Positions 1 to 9,480 of a DNA stretch of 64,000 nucleotides are shown here, piece by piece (within the stretch, counting starts at the first letter, position 1; each line of letters begins with the position of its first letter). The stretch is from Ruminococcaceae bacterium UBA5295 (GTDB taxonomy: Bacteria; Bacillota; Clostridia; Oscillospirales; Acutalibacteraceae), in NCBI GenBank assembly GCA_002411365.1, contig DHSD01000027.1, forward strand, positions 40,606-104,605. Reading direction: 5' to 3'. The position numbers were made by a program, and so were the translations under genes. Below the pieces are notes generated by a model that did no database searches, was not told the origin of the DNA, and saw only the letters and a program-made list of their open reading frames with translations.

Positions 1-46
1 GGCTTTAAGGCATCATTAGCCCTTTTCTCTACAGATAAACGGCGTG

Positions 47-86
47 CAAAAAGTGCAGCCTGTCATAATGGCAGGCTGCACTTTTT
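47..86 (-). terminator. Intrinsic terminator downstream of pgm
   Basis: Inverted repeat aaaaagtgcagcctg...caggctgcacttttt with A/T tracts on both sides. Confidence 0.8.
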
Positions 87-100
87 CAAATACGGAATCC

Positions 101-1801
101 TTACTTTTCAATGCCAAGCAGGCGCGGGCAGGCTTTGCGGAGATTCTCAATCTCAGCGAGAGAACCTTTTTTGCTGCCGGCTTTAGCTGAAAGGTATACC
201 TTTATTTTTGGTTCAGTGCCGCTCGGGCGCACAACCATTTTGCTGCCGTTCGCAAGGCGTAACTCCAGCACATTCGACTTCGGGAGGGAAATCGGCGATA
301 CTTTTTCACCGTCATGGCATTCGGACGCCTGATAGTCGCTCCATCCAGTGACTTTCGTCCCTGCAATCTCGGCCGGATGTTCTTTGCGCAGTGTATCCAT
401 AATACGGCCCATCTTTATCATGCCGTCTTCGCCCTCAAATTCGAAATTCACCAGCAGGTTTTCATAGTACCCGTACTGCTTATAAAGCTTTTCCATCGCG
501 TCAATGAGAGTCATGCCCTTTTCACGGTAATAATAGGCCATCTGGCAAATCAGCATACTTGCGTCAACCGCGTCTTTATCGCGGACATACCCGCCTGAAA
601 GATAGCCGTAGCTTTCCTCAAACCCGAACATATAGCGGCCTGCGCTGCCCTCTGCTTCCAAATCGGCTATCTGGTCACCGATATATTTGAACCCTGTCAG
701 CACACGGCGAAGCTCTATGCCGTAATGCTCAGCGACCGGCGTCGCCATATCAGTGCTCACAATAGTAGTGACAGCCACAGGCTTTTCAGGCATAGTGCCT
801 TCCTCCGTGCGCACGCGTGCAATGAAGTCAAGCAGGAGCACACCCACCTCATTGCCTGTCATAAGCTGGTATTCCCCGTTTTGGCGCACTGCAATGCCAC
901 AGCGGTCACAGTCGGGATCCGTTGCAAGCAGCAGGTCAGGCTTAACTTTCTCGCACAGCTCAAGCCCTTTCTGAAGTGCCTCGCGTATTTCCGGGTTCGG
1001 GAACGGGCATGTTGTAAAATTGCCGTCAGGGAATTCCTGCTCAGGCACAACGGTTATGTCTTTTACGCCTATCATGCCGAGTATACGTGTAACACATACC
1101 CGGCCTGTGCCGTTAAGCGGTGTGTAGACCACTTTAAGGCCTGTGCACGGTTTTGTGAAAACGCGCTGTTTCATAACTTCGCCAAGAAAACGGTCGATTA
1201 CCTCATCTTTAATATAATCCACCATGCCCGAGCTTACGGCTCTGTCAAAATCCATGCGCTTGACGTCACGGAAAATATCAATCATATTTATCTCTGCCTG
1301 CACATCGTCGGCCATCTGAAGCGTAATTTGGCAGCCATCTGAAGCATATACTTTATAACCGTTGTATTTTGCGGGATTATGGCTTGCGGTAACACATATC
1401 CCCGCGCTGCACTTAAGGCAACGCACAGCCCAGGAAAGGGTTGGCGTGGGCGAAAGCCATGGATAAATGTGCACGTGTATGCCGTTTGCCGCGAGCACTG
1501 CGGCAGCCTGTTTTGCAAACAGGTCAGATTTTATGCGGCTGTCGTAAGCAATTGCCACGGAAGGATTGCTTCCATGGGAATTGAGGTAATTTGCAAGGCC
1601 CTGCGTAGCCTTGCGCACGGTGTACACGTTCATGCGGTTCGTCCCGGCGCCGAGCACCCCGCGCAGGCCGCCGGTCCCGAAAGCGAGGTCGCGGTAAAAG
1701 CGGTCATTAATTTCTTCAGGTTTGCCGCGAATACTTTTCAGCTCCGTGGCAAGGTCGGGGTCATCAAGTTTCGTATTAAGCCATCTTTCATATTCAGTCA
1801 T
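101..1801 (-). CDS. pgm: Phosphoglucomutase/phosphomannomutase (alpha-D-phosphohexomutase)
   Basis: FGTGGLRG, TASHNP active-site Ser loop, DPDCDR metal loop, FEESYGY and RPSGTEPKIK motifs. Confidence 0.93.
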   Translation of the reverse strand: MTEYERWLNTKLDDPDLATELKSIRGKPEEINDRFYRDLAFGTGGLRGVLGAGTNRMNVYTVRKATQGLANYLNSHGSNPSVAIAYDSRIKSDLFAKQAAAVLAANGIHVHIYPWLSPTPTLSWAVRCLKCSAGICVTASHNPAKYNGYKVYASDGCQITLQMADDVQAEINMIDIFRDVKRMDFDRAVSSGMVDYIKDEVIDRFLGEVMKQRVFTKPCTGLKVVYTPLNGTGRVCVTRILGMIGVKDITVVPEQEFPDGNFTTCPFPNPEIREALQKGLELCEKVKPDLLLATDPDCDRCGIAVRQNGEYQLMTGNEVGVLLLDFIARVRTEEGTMPEKPVAVTTIVSTDMATPVAEHYGIELRRVLTGFKYIGDQIADLEAEGSAGRYMFGFEESYGYLSGGYVRDKDAVDASMLICQMAYYYREKGMTLIDAMEKLYKQYGYYENLLVNFEFEGEDGMIKMGRIMDTLRKEHPAEIAGTKVTGWSDYQASECHDGEKVSPISLPKSNVLELRLANGSKMVVRPSGTEPKIKVYLSAKAGSKKGSLAEIENLRKACPRLLGIEK

Positions 1802-1909
1802 AGCAACTCAACCTCTTTTAATCAGCTTTGATATTTTAAAAGCTAAAATACAGCAAGTCTGCCAATTCAAGCCGCGCTTATTTTAGACTAACATTTTATT
1901 TCTGCCATG

Positions 1910-2377
1910 TCAATTCATCTTTACAATGTTGAGGACAATACCGGCTTTTGTTATATCTATCGTCCCATATGTTCCATGGCCGCCAAGGAGGCTGCCCGGG
2001 TTCATTATATAAAGCCCGTCCCGGTATTCAGTAAGATGCTTATGCGTATGGCCAAACAGCACGATATCCGCCCCGCGTTTTTTTGCTTCCTCTGTTATAT
2101 CATACAGGCCGTACCTTACATTATATATATTCCCATGAGTATAAAATATTTTCCTGTCTGCAAGCGTTATTTCGTTTTCACGAGGCAGGGAACTGCCCCA
2201 GTCGTTGTTGCCGCGGACAATAAAAAAATCTTTCCCGGGAAATTCCGCTTTCATCTCTTCCGCCTCATCGGCGCCGTCGCCGAGATGTATAACGGCTTCG
2301 GCGGAAGGCTGCGAAATTATCGCCTTCATCAGCGAGCTTCTGTCGCCATGTGTATCAGATACTACTAAAACGCGCAA
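1910..2377 (-). CDS. YfcE/YsnB-family metallophosphoesterase
   Basis: SDTHG, HLGD, VRGNND, THG, FGHTH and NPGS motifs; TTG start at 2377 behind an AAGGAG RBS (shorter than the ORF-track call). Confidence 0.9.
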   Translation of the reverse strand: MRVLVVSDTHGDRSSLMKAIISQPSAEAVIHLGDGADEAEEMKAEFPGKDFFIVRGNNDWGSSLPRENEITLADRKIFYTHGNIYNVRYGLYDITEEAKKRGADIVLFGHTHKHLTEYRDGLYIMNPGSLLGGHGTYGTIDITKAGIVLNIVKMN

Positions 2378-2417
2378 GGGTAAGCTCCTTTCGTCCCTTT
2401 TCATACGCCCTGGAATG

Positions 2418-2446
2418 TCATATCTTTTCCCTCCCCGGCATATCAT
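2418..2446 (+). promoter_or_regulatory. Putative sigma-E (mother-cell) promoter
   Basis: TCATAT-N15-CATATCAT upstream of the RBS of the 2464 gene, resembling the SigE consensus. Confidence 0.55.
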
Positions 2447-2463
2447 ATAGCGGGGTGATTGAC

Positions 2464-2634
2464 ATGCAAAACAATGCACGGGACAATCAGCGCCTTTTAG
2501 AAAGCCTTATAAAGCGCCTCAGTCCTGATGAAAAGAAAAAACTGAATTCAATTCTCGCCGACAAATCGGCTTGTGAAAAAATCCTCCGCACACCTGAAGC
2601 ACAACAGCTCATACACAAACTGGGGGAAAAATAG
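2464..2634 (+). CDS. Small hypothetical protein (56 aa)
   Basis: GGGGTGA RBS then ATG at 2464; its stop abuts the next ATG. Confidence 0.7.
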   Translation: MQNNARDNQRLLESLIKRLSPDEKKKLNSILADKSACEKILRTPEAQQLIHKLGEK

Positions 2635-3000
2635 ATGGATGACCTGTCTTCAAGGCTTAGTGAAATCTTAAATGATCCCGCCAGCATGGAGAAGATTAAA
2701 AATTTTGCTTCTACTCTAACAGAAGGGGAAAAGCCTGAAAAGCCCACACCGCGCCGCGCACAGCCTCAGGAAACGGAAAGCCAGCCTGAAAGTGCCTCGC
2801 TCGACCCTGATATCATGCGCTCCGTGATGAAAATCGCACCGGTAATCTCACGGGCGAGGCAGGAAGACAGCGCAACCCACCTTCTGCATGCACTGCGGCC
2901 TTTCCTTAGTGAAAAACGGCGCGTAAAGCTCGACAGAGCCGTAAAGTTAATGCAGTTCACACGCGTGATGCCATATCTTCGGAACTGCGGCCTTTTTTGA
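2635..3000 (+). CDS. Hypothetical protein, clostridial sporulation-like
   Basis: ORF with GGGGGA RBS; N-terminal 'LSEILNDP' and C-terminal 'LLHALRPFLSEKRRVKLDRAVK' pattern typical of small clostridial proteins. Confidence 0.75.
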   Translation: MDDLSSRLSEILNDPASMEKIKNFASTLTEGEKPEKPTPRRAQPQETESQPESASLDPDIMRSVMKIAPVISRARQEDSATHLLHALRPFLSEKRRVKLDRAVKLMQFTRVMPYLRNCGLF

Positions 3001-3058
3001 ACTGCTTTTGAACTGTTAATGGATTCTGTGAAATCGAGGAAAGAAGAAGGAGAGAACC

Positions 3059-3412
3059 ATGGCAGGGAGTCCGGCGCCACAAAGGACAGAGATGAACCAG
3101 CTCCGTCAGGATGCCATGCGGCGCGCGCGTGAAATGCAGGCGCGCGCCAAAATTTCATCCTCCTACGCCGCACCGCCTGCGCCGGATGAAGCTGCACACT
3201 ATGTCGGTAACCAGGTGCCGCCTCATCAGCCAGCAGAAAAGCAGTGGCCGGATGTGGAACAGCCGGCTAAAGGAATGCTTTCCGGCAGCCCGCTCGACGG
3301 CCTTTTGGCACATGACTCAGAGCGCACGCTTATTTTGCTCCTGATACTCATACTGATGGCTGACAAAGCGGACAGCTCGCTAATCCTGGCCCTGATGTAC
3401 CTTCTTATCTGA
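3059..3412 (+). CDS. Hypothetical protein with hydrophobic C-terminus
   Basis: AAGGAG RBS; ends 'LILLLILIL...LILALMYLLI'. Confidence 0.75.
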   Translation: MAGSPAPQRTEMNQLRQDAMRRAREMQARAKISSSYAAPPAPDEAAHYVGNQVPPHQPAEKQWPDVEQPAKGMLSGSPLDGLLAHDSERTLILLLILILMADKADSSLILALMYLLI

Positions 3413-3437
3413 AATACGAAATTCCATCAAATCTATT

Positions 3438-3773
3438 TTATCTTACACCTGCCGCCATGGCAATAAGTACAACGCCCGCAAGCGCAAGCAGAAGCAAGGC
3501 AATTCCCGCAAAAAGACCATGGCGGCTTTCGCCCTTATTGGGGACAGGCCCTTTTTCTTCACGGTTTTCACAGGCATCTGCTTCTTCAGTTTCCTTTTCC
3601 GGCTGGGTGCCCTCGCGTTTGGCAGTGTTTTCAGGCATGGCCGCAGCCGGGCGCAAAGCCGGTTTCCCCTTTTGCCGCACCGGTCCTTTCCCCGGGATGG
3701 CGCGTTTGTAAACAGTGCGATAATCTGCGGAATATTCCGCAATATTTTTGTTTTTATCCATGCCCATACGCAC
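3438..3773 (-). CDS. Hypothetical C-terminally anchored membrane protein
   Basis: ORF directly after proA; charged body and a single C-terminal hydrophobic helix; start uncertain. Confidence 0.55.
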   Translation of the reverse strand: MRMGMDKNKNIAEYSADYRTVYKRAIPGKGPVRQKGKPALRPAAAMPENTAKREGTQPEKETEEADACENREEKGPVPNKGESRHGLFAGIALLLLALAGVVLIAMAAGVR

Positions 3774-3783
3774 AGGCCGCCTT

Positions 3784-5028
3784 TTATCGGATTTGCCCGT
3801 TTCCGGTCACAATAAACTTCGTAGTCGTAAGCTCACTTACGCCCATCGGCCCCCTCGCATGGAGCTTCTGAGTGGAAATTCCTATTTCCGCGCCGAGCCC
3901 GAATTCGCCGCCGTCCGTAAAGCGCGTGGAAGCATTTACATAAACAGCCGCCGAGTCAACTTCCGATGCGAACCGTCTCGCATTTTCATAACTCTCAGTC
4001 ACAATGGCCTCGCTGTGGCCACTTGAATACTTTGCAATATGTGTGATTGCCTCGTCGAGGCTGTCCACAACTTTTACGGACATAATATAGTCGAGATATT
4101 CCGTGCCGTAGTCCTCTTCCGTGGCGGGGACTATGCTGCTGCCGAGTATAGTCCTCGTCCTCTCGCAGCCGCGCAACTCAACGTTCTTTTCATCAAGCAT
4201 TGCCTTTATGGCCGGCAGCGCTTTCGGTGCAATGTCTTTATGTACAAGCAGCGACTCTGCCGCATTGCATACCGATGGGCGCGATGTTTTGGCATTAAAG
4301 ACTATATTTGCCGCCATATTTACATCTGCTGAGGCGTCCACATAAATATGGCAGTTACCCCATCCCGTTTTGATTACCGGCACATGGGCGTTTTCCGTAA
4401 CGGTGCGTATCAGGTTTTTGCCGCCGCGCGGTATAAGCACGTCGATATAGCCCGTCATGTTCATCATTGCCCTGGCCGATTCACGTGAAACATCATGCAC
4501 AAGCTGCACGCAGTCTTCAGGCAGGCCAGCCTTCCGAAGGGAAGCCCGCAGAATCTCCTCAACCGCGGTGTTAGTGCGGTAAGCTTCGCGCCCGCCGCGG
4601 AGTATAACGGCGCTTCCTGCTTTTATGCAGATTGCTGCCGCATCTGACGTAACGTTAGGCCGCGCTTCATATATAACGCCTATTACGCCAAAAGGTACGC
4701 GAACTTTTTCTATTTTCAAGCCGTTCGGCCTTGTAAAACCCGAAACTACTTCCCCAACCGGGTCTTTCTGTGCGGCTACGCCGCGCAGGCTGCCTGCCAT
4801 GCCCTTTATGCGCTCCCTGTTAACGGCAAGGCGGTCAAGAAGGGCGGGGCGCATGCCTTCGGCCTTTGCTGCCGCAAGGTCTTTGCGGTTCTCTTCCAAA
4901 ATTTTTTCCGCGCCGCTTTCAAGGCCTTCTGCCGCCGCAAGAAGAGCTTTGTCTTTTTTCGGGCCGGCAGCCGCAAGTGCACGGGAAGCCGCCCGTGCCT
5001 TTTCCCCCATTTTTGTAAGGTCCGTCAT
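3784..5028 (-). CDS. proA: Gamma-glutamyl phosphate reductase
   Basis: VPFGVIGVIYEARPNVT, CNAAE and NASTRFTDGGEFGLGAEIGISTQKLHARGPMG motifs; ATG at 5028 after GGAGGG. Confidence 0.97.
   Translation of the reverse strand: MTDLTKMGEKARAASRALAAAGPKKDKALLAAAEGLESGAEKILEENRKDLAAAKAEGMRPALLDRLAVNRERIKGMAGSLRGVAAQKDPVGEVVSGFTRPNGLKIEKVRVPFGVIGVIYEARPNVTSDAAAICIKAGSAVILRGGREAYRTNTAVEEILRASLRKAGLPEDCVQLVHDVSRESARAMMNMTGYIDVLIPRGGKNLIRTVTENAHVPVIKTGWGNCHIYVDASADVNMAANIVFNAKTSRPSVCNAAESLLVHKDIAPKALPAIKAMLDEKNVELRGCERTRTILGSSIVPATEEDYGTEYLDYIMSVKVVDSLDEAITHIAKYSSGHSEAIVTESYENARRFASEVDSAAVYVNASTRFTDGGEFGLGAEIGISTQKLHARGPMGVSELTTTKFIVTGNGQIR
4477..4492. promoter_or_regulatory. Possible degenerate parS site inside proA
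   Basis: cgattcacgtgaaaca, 2 mismatches to TGTTTCACGTGAAACA. Confidence 0.45.
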
Positions 5029-5073
5029 TATTTTCCCTCCAAGCTGCGCTGCAGCAGCCAAGCAACTATTATT

Positions 5074-5874
5074 TTAGCCCTTGCCCGTGCCGAAAACTGT
5101 CCCAATCTGGGCACCTTCAAAAAGATCATACAGCTTCTCCGGAACGGCACCGCTCATCACGCAGCATACGATGCCGGCACGGTTCACATTTGCAGCTGCG
5201 CGCACTTTCGTGCTCATGCCGCCTGTTCCCCTGTTGGATACACTGCCTCCGGCAAGCGCGAGGATATCGCCCGTGACTTCCGGCACAAACGGTATCCTTT
5301 TCGCTTCCGGGTCCTTCATGGGATTGCTGTCGTATAGCCCGTCGATGTCCGTCAGGATAACGAGCAGGTCAGCATTTACAAGGCGCGCTACAACGGCGGA
5401 AAGCGTATCGTTGTCGCCTATGCGTGCGCCTTCAAGTTCATCTACCGCTACGGTGTCGTTTTCATTCACAACCGGGATTATCCCTAACTTAAGCAACTCC
5501 ATGAACGTGTTTTCCGTATTTTTGCGCAGGTGCTCATTGACAAGCACGTCGCCTGTCAGAAGTACCTGCGCCGTTGTGAGGTTGTACTCGCCGAAGAACT
5601 TGTCGTACATAAACATGAGCTCGCATTGGCCAACAGCAGCAACAGCCTGCCTCTTGCCAGTCTCCTGCGGCCTGCCGGGCAGGCCGAGCTTCCCTACACC
5701 CACACCGATAGCACCCGACGTGACGAGTATTACTTCTTTTCCGGAATTTTGCAGGTCACTCAGCACTTTGCAGAGGCGCTCCATCCTGCGGAGGTTCATC
5801 TTTCCGTTCTCATACGTCAGCGTGGAAGTCCCCACCTTTACGACGATTCTATTTGCCTGTGTAACTGCTGACAT
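5074..5874 (-). CDS. proB: Glutamate 5-kinase (short form without PUA domain)
   Basis: VVKVGTSTLT, SGAIGVG, NENDTV, GDNDTLSA and GTGGMSTK motifs. Confidence 0.97.
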   Translation of the reverse strand: MSAVTQANRIVVKVGTSTLTYENGKMNLRRMERLCKVLSDLQNSGKEVILVTSGAIGVGVGKLGLPGRPQETGKRQAVAAVGQCELMFMYDKFFGEYNLTTAQVLLTGDVLVNEHLRKNTENTFMELLKLGIIPVVNENDTVAVDELEGARIGDNDTLSAVVARLVNADLLVILTDIDGLYDSNPMKDPEAKRIPFVPEVTGDILALAGGSVSNRGTGGMSTKVRAAANVNRAGIVCCVMSGAVPEKLYDLFEGAQIGTVFGTGKG

Positions 5875-6151
5875 ATTTTTCTATCCTCTCCGCATAATAA
5901 ATACAATTCATTTATTATTTAATTATATCACAAAAAAATTGAAAGAGCACGCTTGGCTCCTTAAAGCCCTATCTTCCCATGCGGCATTCCCTGTACACGC
6001 CCTTCCTTTCATACATTGTGCATTTTAATGATATAAAATGCCGTGGCAGTTTTGTTAATCTGGAGTAAATAATACCTTATTTAAATTATCCGGTAGAATA
6101 CACAAATCAAGTACACTCAAATTTATAATGAGACGAAAGGAGGGCAAAAAC

Positions 6152-6439
6152 ATGATATTTGATTTTGGTTACCGCCTTAAAGAACTCCGCATCAACCGTA
6201 GTATGACGCAGGAACAGGCAGCGAATCAGTTTGGGCTTTCAAAGGCGACTATAAGCGGATACGAAAACAACATCAAGACGCCGTCGCTTGGCGTGCTTAT
6301 CAAAATGGCTTCTTTTTATGGCGTTTCCGCCGACTACCTTTTAGGGCTCGAAAGCCACCGAATGCTTTCACTTGACGGGTTATCTTTCAATCAGGAAAAG
6401 ATCATCAAGGAACTTATTAATGAATTCCACCACGTGTAA
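6152..6439 (+). CDS. XRE-family HTH transcriptional regulator
   Basis: RLKELR..MTQEQAA..SKATISGYEN..PS..FYGVSADYLLG; AAGGAGG RBS. Confidence 0.9.
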   Translation: MIFDFGYRLKELRINRSMTQEQAANQFGLSKATISGYENNIKTPSLGVLIKMASFYGVSADYLLGLESHRMLSLDGLSFNQEKIIKELINEFHHV

Positions 6440-6518
6440 CCTCACTCCGCTGTTTTACTCTGGTACAGGACGGCCACACAGCAGAATTTATCTCAGTTCT
6501 GATTTCTAAAATCATACT

Positions 6519-6560
6519 AAAAAAGCCGCCCTGCTGATTTAGAGCAGGGTGGCTGCTGTT
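6519..6560. terminator. Terminator between the convergent XRE gene and pnp
   Basis: aaaaaagccgccctgct...agcagggtggct hairpin; T-tract on the minus strand. Confidence 0.7.
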
Positions 6561-6579
6561 AATTTTACCATAAATTTTG

Positions 6580-8790
6580 TTATTGCTGCGGGTGCGGCTT
6601 CTCGAAACTGCGGCCGCCTGAACCCGGGCGGTGCTGGTAAGGCGGGCGGCACACAGGGCACTGCCCTTTGGAAATATCATTTTCCGGCACAAGCCCTTTT
6701 ACATCAATAAGCGCCTCCCTGCGCGAAAGGTTGATGCGGCCCCTTTCGTCGATGTTCATCACCTTAACCATCACTTCATCGCCGACCTTGACAACATCGC
6801 TGACCTGATTCACATGCTTGACGTCAAGCTGGGAAATATGCACAAGGCCTTCTTTCCCCGGAGCGATCTCTACAAATGCCCCGAAATCCATCAGCCGCGT
6901 CACTTTCCCATTATATATTGCGCCGGGCGCCGGATCGTTAACTATCGTATCTATAATGCCGAGCGCGCGCTTGCAGCTGGCCATGTCGGCCGACGTAACA
7001 AACACGTGGCCGTCCTCATGCACGTCAACCTTTACATTACATTCAGAGCAGATTTTCTGGATGACTTTCCCGCCGGCGCCAATCACGCTGCGTATCTTTT
7101 CTACCGGAATCGTCATGGTCTGCGTCTTCGGCGCATATTTCGAAAGTTCTTCACGCGGTTCGGGTATGGCCTTCAGTATAACCTCGTTGATTATATAATC
7201 GCGTGCCTTATGCGCCTTATAAAGCGTTTCCTTAATCATTTCAGGCGTCAGGCCGCTGATTTTAAGGTCCATCTGGATTGCCGTAATGCCTGCGTGCGTC
7301 CCGGCTACTTTGAAGTCCATGTCACCGAAAAAGTCTTCAAGCCCCTGTATGTCCACCATCGTCATCCAGCGCTCGCCCTCAGTCACAAGGCCGCATGAAA
7401 TGCCGGCAACAGGCGCTTTAATCGGCACGCCGGCATCCATTAGCGCAAGCGTTGAACCGCAGACCGACGCCTGTGAAGTCGAGCCATTGGAAGAAAGCAC
7501 CTCGGAAACAAGGCGTATTGTATATGGGAACTCGTCAATCGACGGTATCACGGGCAGAAGGGCGCGCTCTGCAAGTGCCCCATGGCCTATCTCGCGCCTG
7601 TTAGGGCCGCGGTTTGGCCTTGTGTCGCCGGTTGAGTACGACGGCATATTGTACTGGTGTATATAGTGCTTGCCCGTCTGTCCGTCTATGCCGTCAAACG
7701 TCTGCTCCTCATCAAGTGAGCCAAGCGTTGCGACGGTAAGCACCTGCGTCTGCCCGCGCGTGAAAAGGCCGGAGCCGTGCACACGCGGCAACACACCTGC
7801 CTCTGCTGCAAGGGGGCGTATCTCGTCCATCTTCCTGCCGTCAACGCGCTTCTTCCCGTCGAGTAGCCAGCGGCGCACTGCATACCGCTGCGTTTTATAG
7901 AGGCATGTGTCTATTTTAGATTTCTTGTCAGGATATATTCCATCAAATTTTTCGTGGACTTTTTCATAAACAGGCTCAAGGCGCCTGTCGCGCACGCGCT
8001 TATCGTCCGTATCAAGCGCTGCGCGGATATCATCAATGGCAAAGTCGCGTATCGTATGCAGCATTTCATCATCCGGCCCGTCGCTCGGATACTCAAACTT
8101 TGGTTTGCCTATCTCTTTCTGTATGCCTTTTATAAACTCGATTATGCTCTGGTTTGCCTTGTGGCCCGCCATAATGCCGTTGTACATGATATCATCTGGG
8201 ATTTCGTCGGCACTTGCCTCTATCATTACAATGCGGGAATCACTCGACGCAACAGTCACCGCCATGCGGGATTTTTTGCGTTGTTCGGAATCAGGGTTTA
8301 TGACGAACCCGCCGTTTACATAGCCAACAGAAACGCCGGAAATCGGGCCGTTCCACGGGATATCGGAAATGCTCAGCGCTATTGACGTGCCAACCATTGC
8401 GGCAATTTCCGGTAAGCAGTCATAATCCACACTCATCACAGTGCATACAATAGACACGTCGTTGCGCATATCTTTAGGGAAAAGCGGGCGGATAGGACGG
8501 TCTATCATGCGCGACGTAAGCACCGCCTTGTCGCTCGGGCGGCCTTCACGTTTAATGTAGGAGCCAGGTATCTTCCCAACGGCATAGAGCTTCTCTTCAT
8601 AATCGACCGAAAACGGAAAAAATTCAACGCCTTCGCGGGGCTTTGCAGAAGCCGTAGCAGTTACATGGACTGCTGTATCGCCATACCGCACCATACACTC
8701 GCCGTTCGCAAGCTGTGCCATCTTACCGGTTTCCACCGTAAGGGGACGGCCTGCAAAGTCGGTTTTATAGACCCTGTAGTTTTCAAACAT
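6580..8790 (-). CDS. pnp: Polyribonucleotide nucleotidyltransferase (PNPase)
   Basis: Two RNase PH domains (RREIGHGALAERAL, SNGSTSQAS, GDMDFKVAG) plus KH and S1 domains; ATG at 8790 after GGAGG. Confidence 0.98.
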   Translation of the reverse strand: MFENYRVYKTDFAGRPLTVETGKMAQLANGECMVRYGDTAVHVTATASAKPREGVEFFPFSVDYEEKLYAVGKIPGSYIKREGRPSDKAVLTSRMIDRPIRPLFPKDMRNDVSIVCTVMSVDYDCLPEIAAMVGTSIALSISDIPWNGPISGVSVGYVNGGFVINPDSEQRKKSRMAVTVASSDSRIVMIEASADEIPDDIMYNGIMAGHKANQSIIEFIKGIQKEIGKPKFEYPSDGPDDEMLHTIRDFAIDDIRAALDTDDKRVRDRRLEPVYEKVHEKFDGIYPDKKSKIDTCLYKTQRYAVRRWLLDGKKRVDGRKMDEIRPLAAEAGVLPRVHGSGLFTRGQTQVLTVATLGSLDEEQTFDGIDGQTGKHYIHQYNMPSYSTGDTRPNRGPNRREIGHGALAERALLPVIPSIDEFPYTIRLVSEVLSSNGSTSQASVCGSTLALMDAGVPIKAPVAGISCGLVTEGERWMTMVDIQGLEDFFGDMDFKVAGTHAGITAIQMDLKISGLTPEMIKETLYKAHKARDYIINEVILKAIPEPREELSKYAPKTQTMTIPVEKIRSVIGAGGKVIQKICSECNVKVDVHEDGHVFVTSADMASCKRALGIIDTIVNDPAPGAIYNGKVTRLMDFGAFVEIAPGKEGLVHISQLDVKHVNQVSDVVKVGDEVMVKVMNIDERGRINLSRREALIDVKGLVPENDISKGQCPVCRPPYQHRPGSGGRSFEKPHPQQ

Positions 8791-8837
8791 CGCTTTCTCC
8801 TCCGTATTCTGGATTTTATTCCCTGCAGGATGCGGCA

Positions 8838-8892
8838 GATTTAGCAATAAAACCAGCGCTTTTCATAAAAGGCGTTCGTTTCACTGCTAATC
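8838..8892 (-). promoter_or_regulatory. Long stem-loop in the pnp leader (candidate RNase III processing site)
   Basis: Minus strand ttagcagtgaaac...gtttattgctaa stem with an inner hairpin, about 50 nt before the pnp start. Confidence 0.5.
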
Positions 8893-9076
8893 CCGCGGCA
8901 CCCTGTAAATTAACCGCATGGTAAACACGAAAGTCTGGGGCCTGTCCGTGCAGGCAGGCTCAGAAGAAAGAAAGTCCTTAAAAACTGAAGGGCCGTGCCC
9001 GCTATGCGGGCCGCCCCTTCTGTACAAAGTTCCAGATTGTATGCAGTATCCGGTAATAAACGGCAAATGCCCCTGA

Positions 9077-9343
9077 TTACTTGCGGATGCCGAGTTTTCC
9101 GATAACCGAGCGGTACCTTTCGATATCTTTTTTCTGCAGGTAGTTAAGCAGGCTGCGGCGCTGGCCAATCATCTTGTAAAGCCCGCGGCGTGAATGGTGA
9201 TCCTTTTTGTGGGCTTTAAGGTGCTCGGTCAGGTCATTGATGCGCTTTGTGAGAACGGCAATCTGGACTTCAGGAGAGCCGGTGTCGCCCTCATGGCGGG
9301 CATACTCATTGATAATTGCAGTTTTTTCTTCTTTTTTCAGCAT
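9077..9343 (-). CDS. rpsO: 30S ribosomal protein S15
   Basis: [13 protein letters not shown] and [11 protein letters not shown] motifs. Confidence 0.98.
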   Translation of the reverse strand: MLKKEEKTAIINEYARHEGDTGSPEVQIAVLTKRINDLTEHLKAHKKDHHSRRGLYKMIGQRRSLLNYLQKKDIERYRSVIGKLGIRK

Positions 9344-9349
9344 AAATCT

Positions 9350-9440
9350 TTCCACCTTTTCAAAATTCCCACAAACGCAGAAAAGGGTTGGTGAAATCCC
9401 TTAAACAGGGTATTCCCCTTATCCGCGAAAGGGGTATAGC
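9350..9440 (-). promoter_or_regulatory. Putative S15 autoregulatory leader
   Basis: Structured 5' UTR containing aagggatttcaccaaccctt, resembling the Firmicute rpsO leader; sigma-A promoter TTTACA-N17-TATACT just upstream. Confidence 0.5.
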
Positions 9441-9480
9441 AATAGCGTTAGTATATCACATGGATTTTGCTTTGTAAACA

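Noticed and set aside
6640-6670. CPVC in the PNPase C-terminal tail as a metal site
   Set aside because: Single CxxC in a disordered tail with no evident partner; likely incidental.
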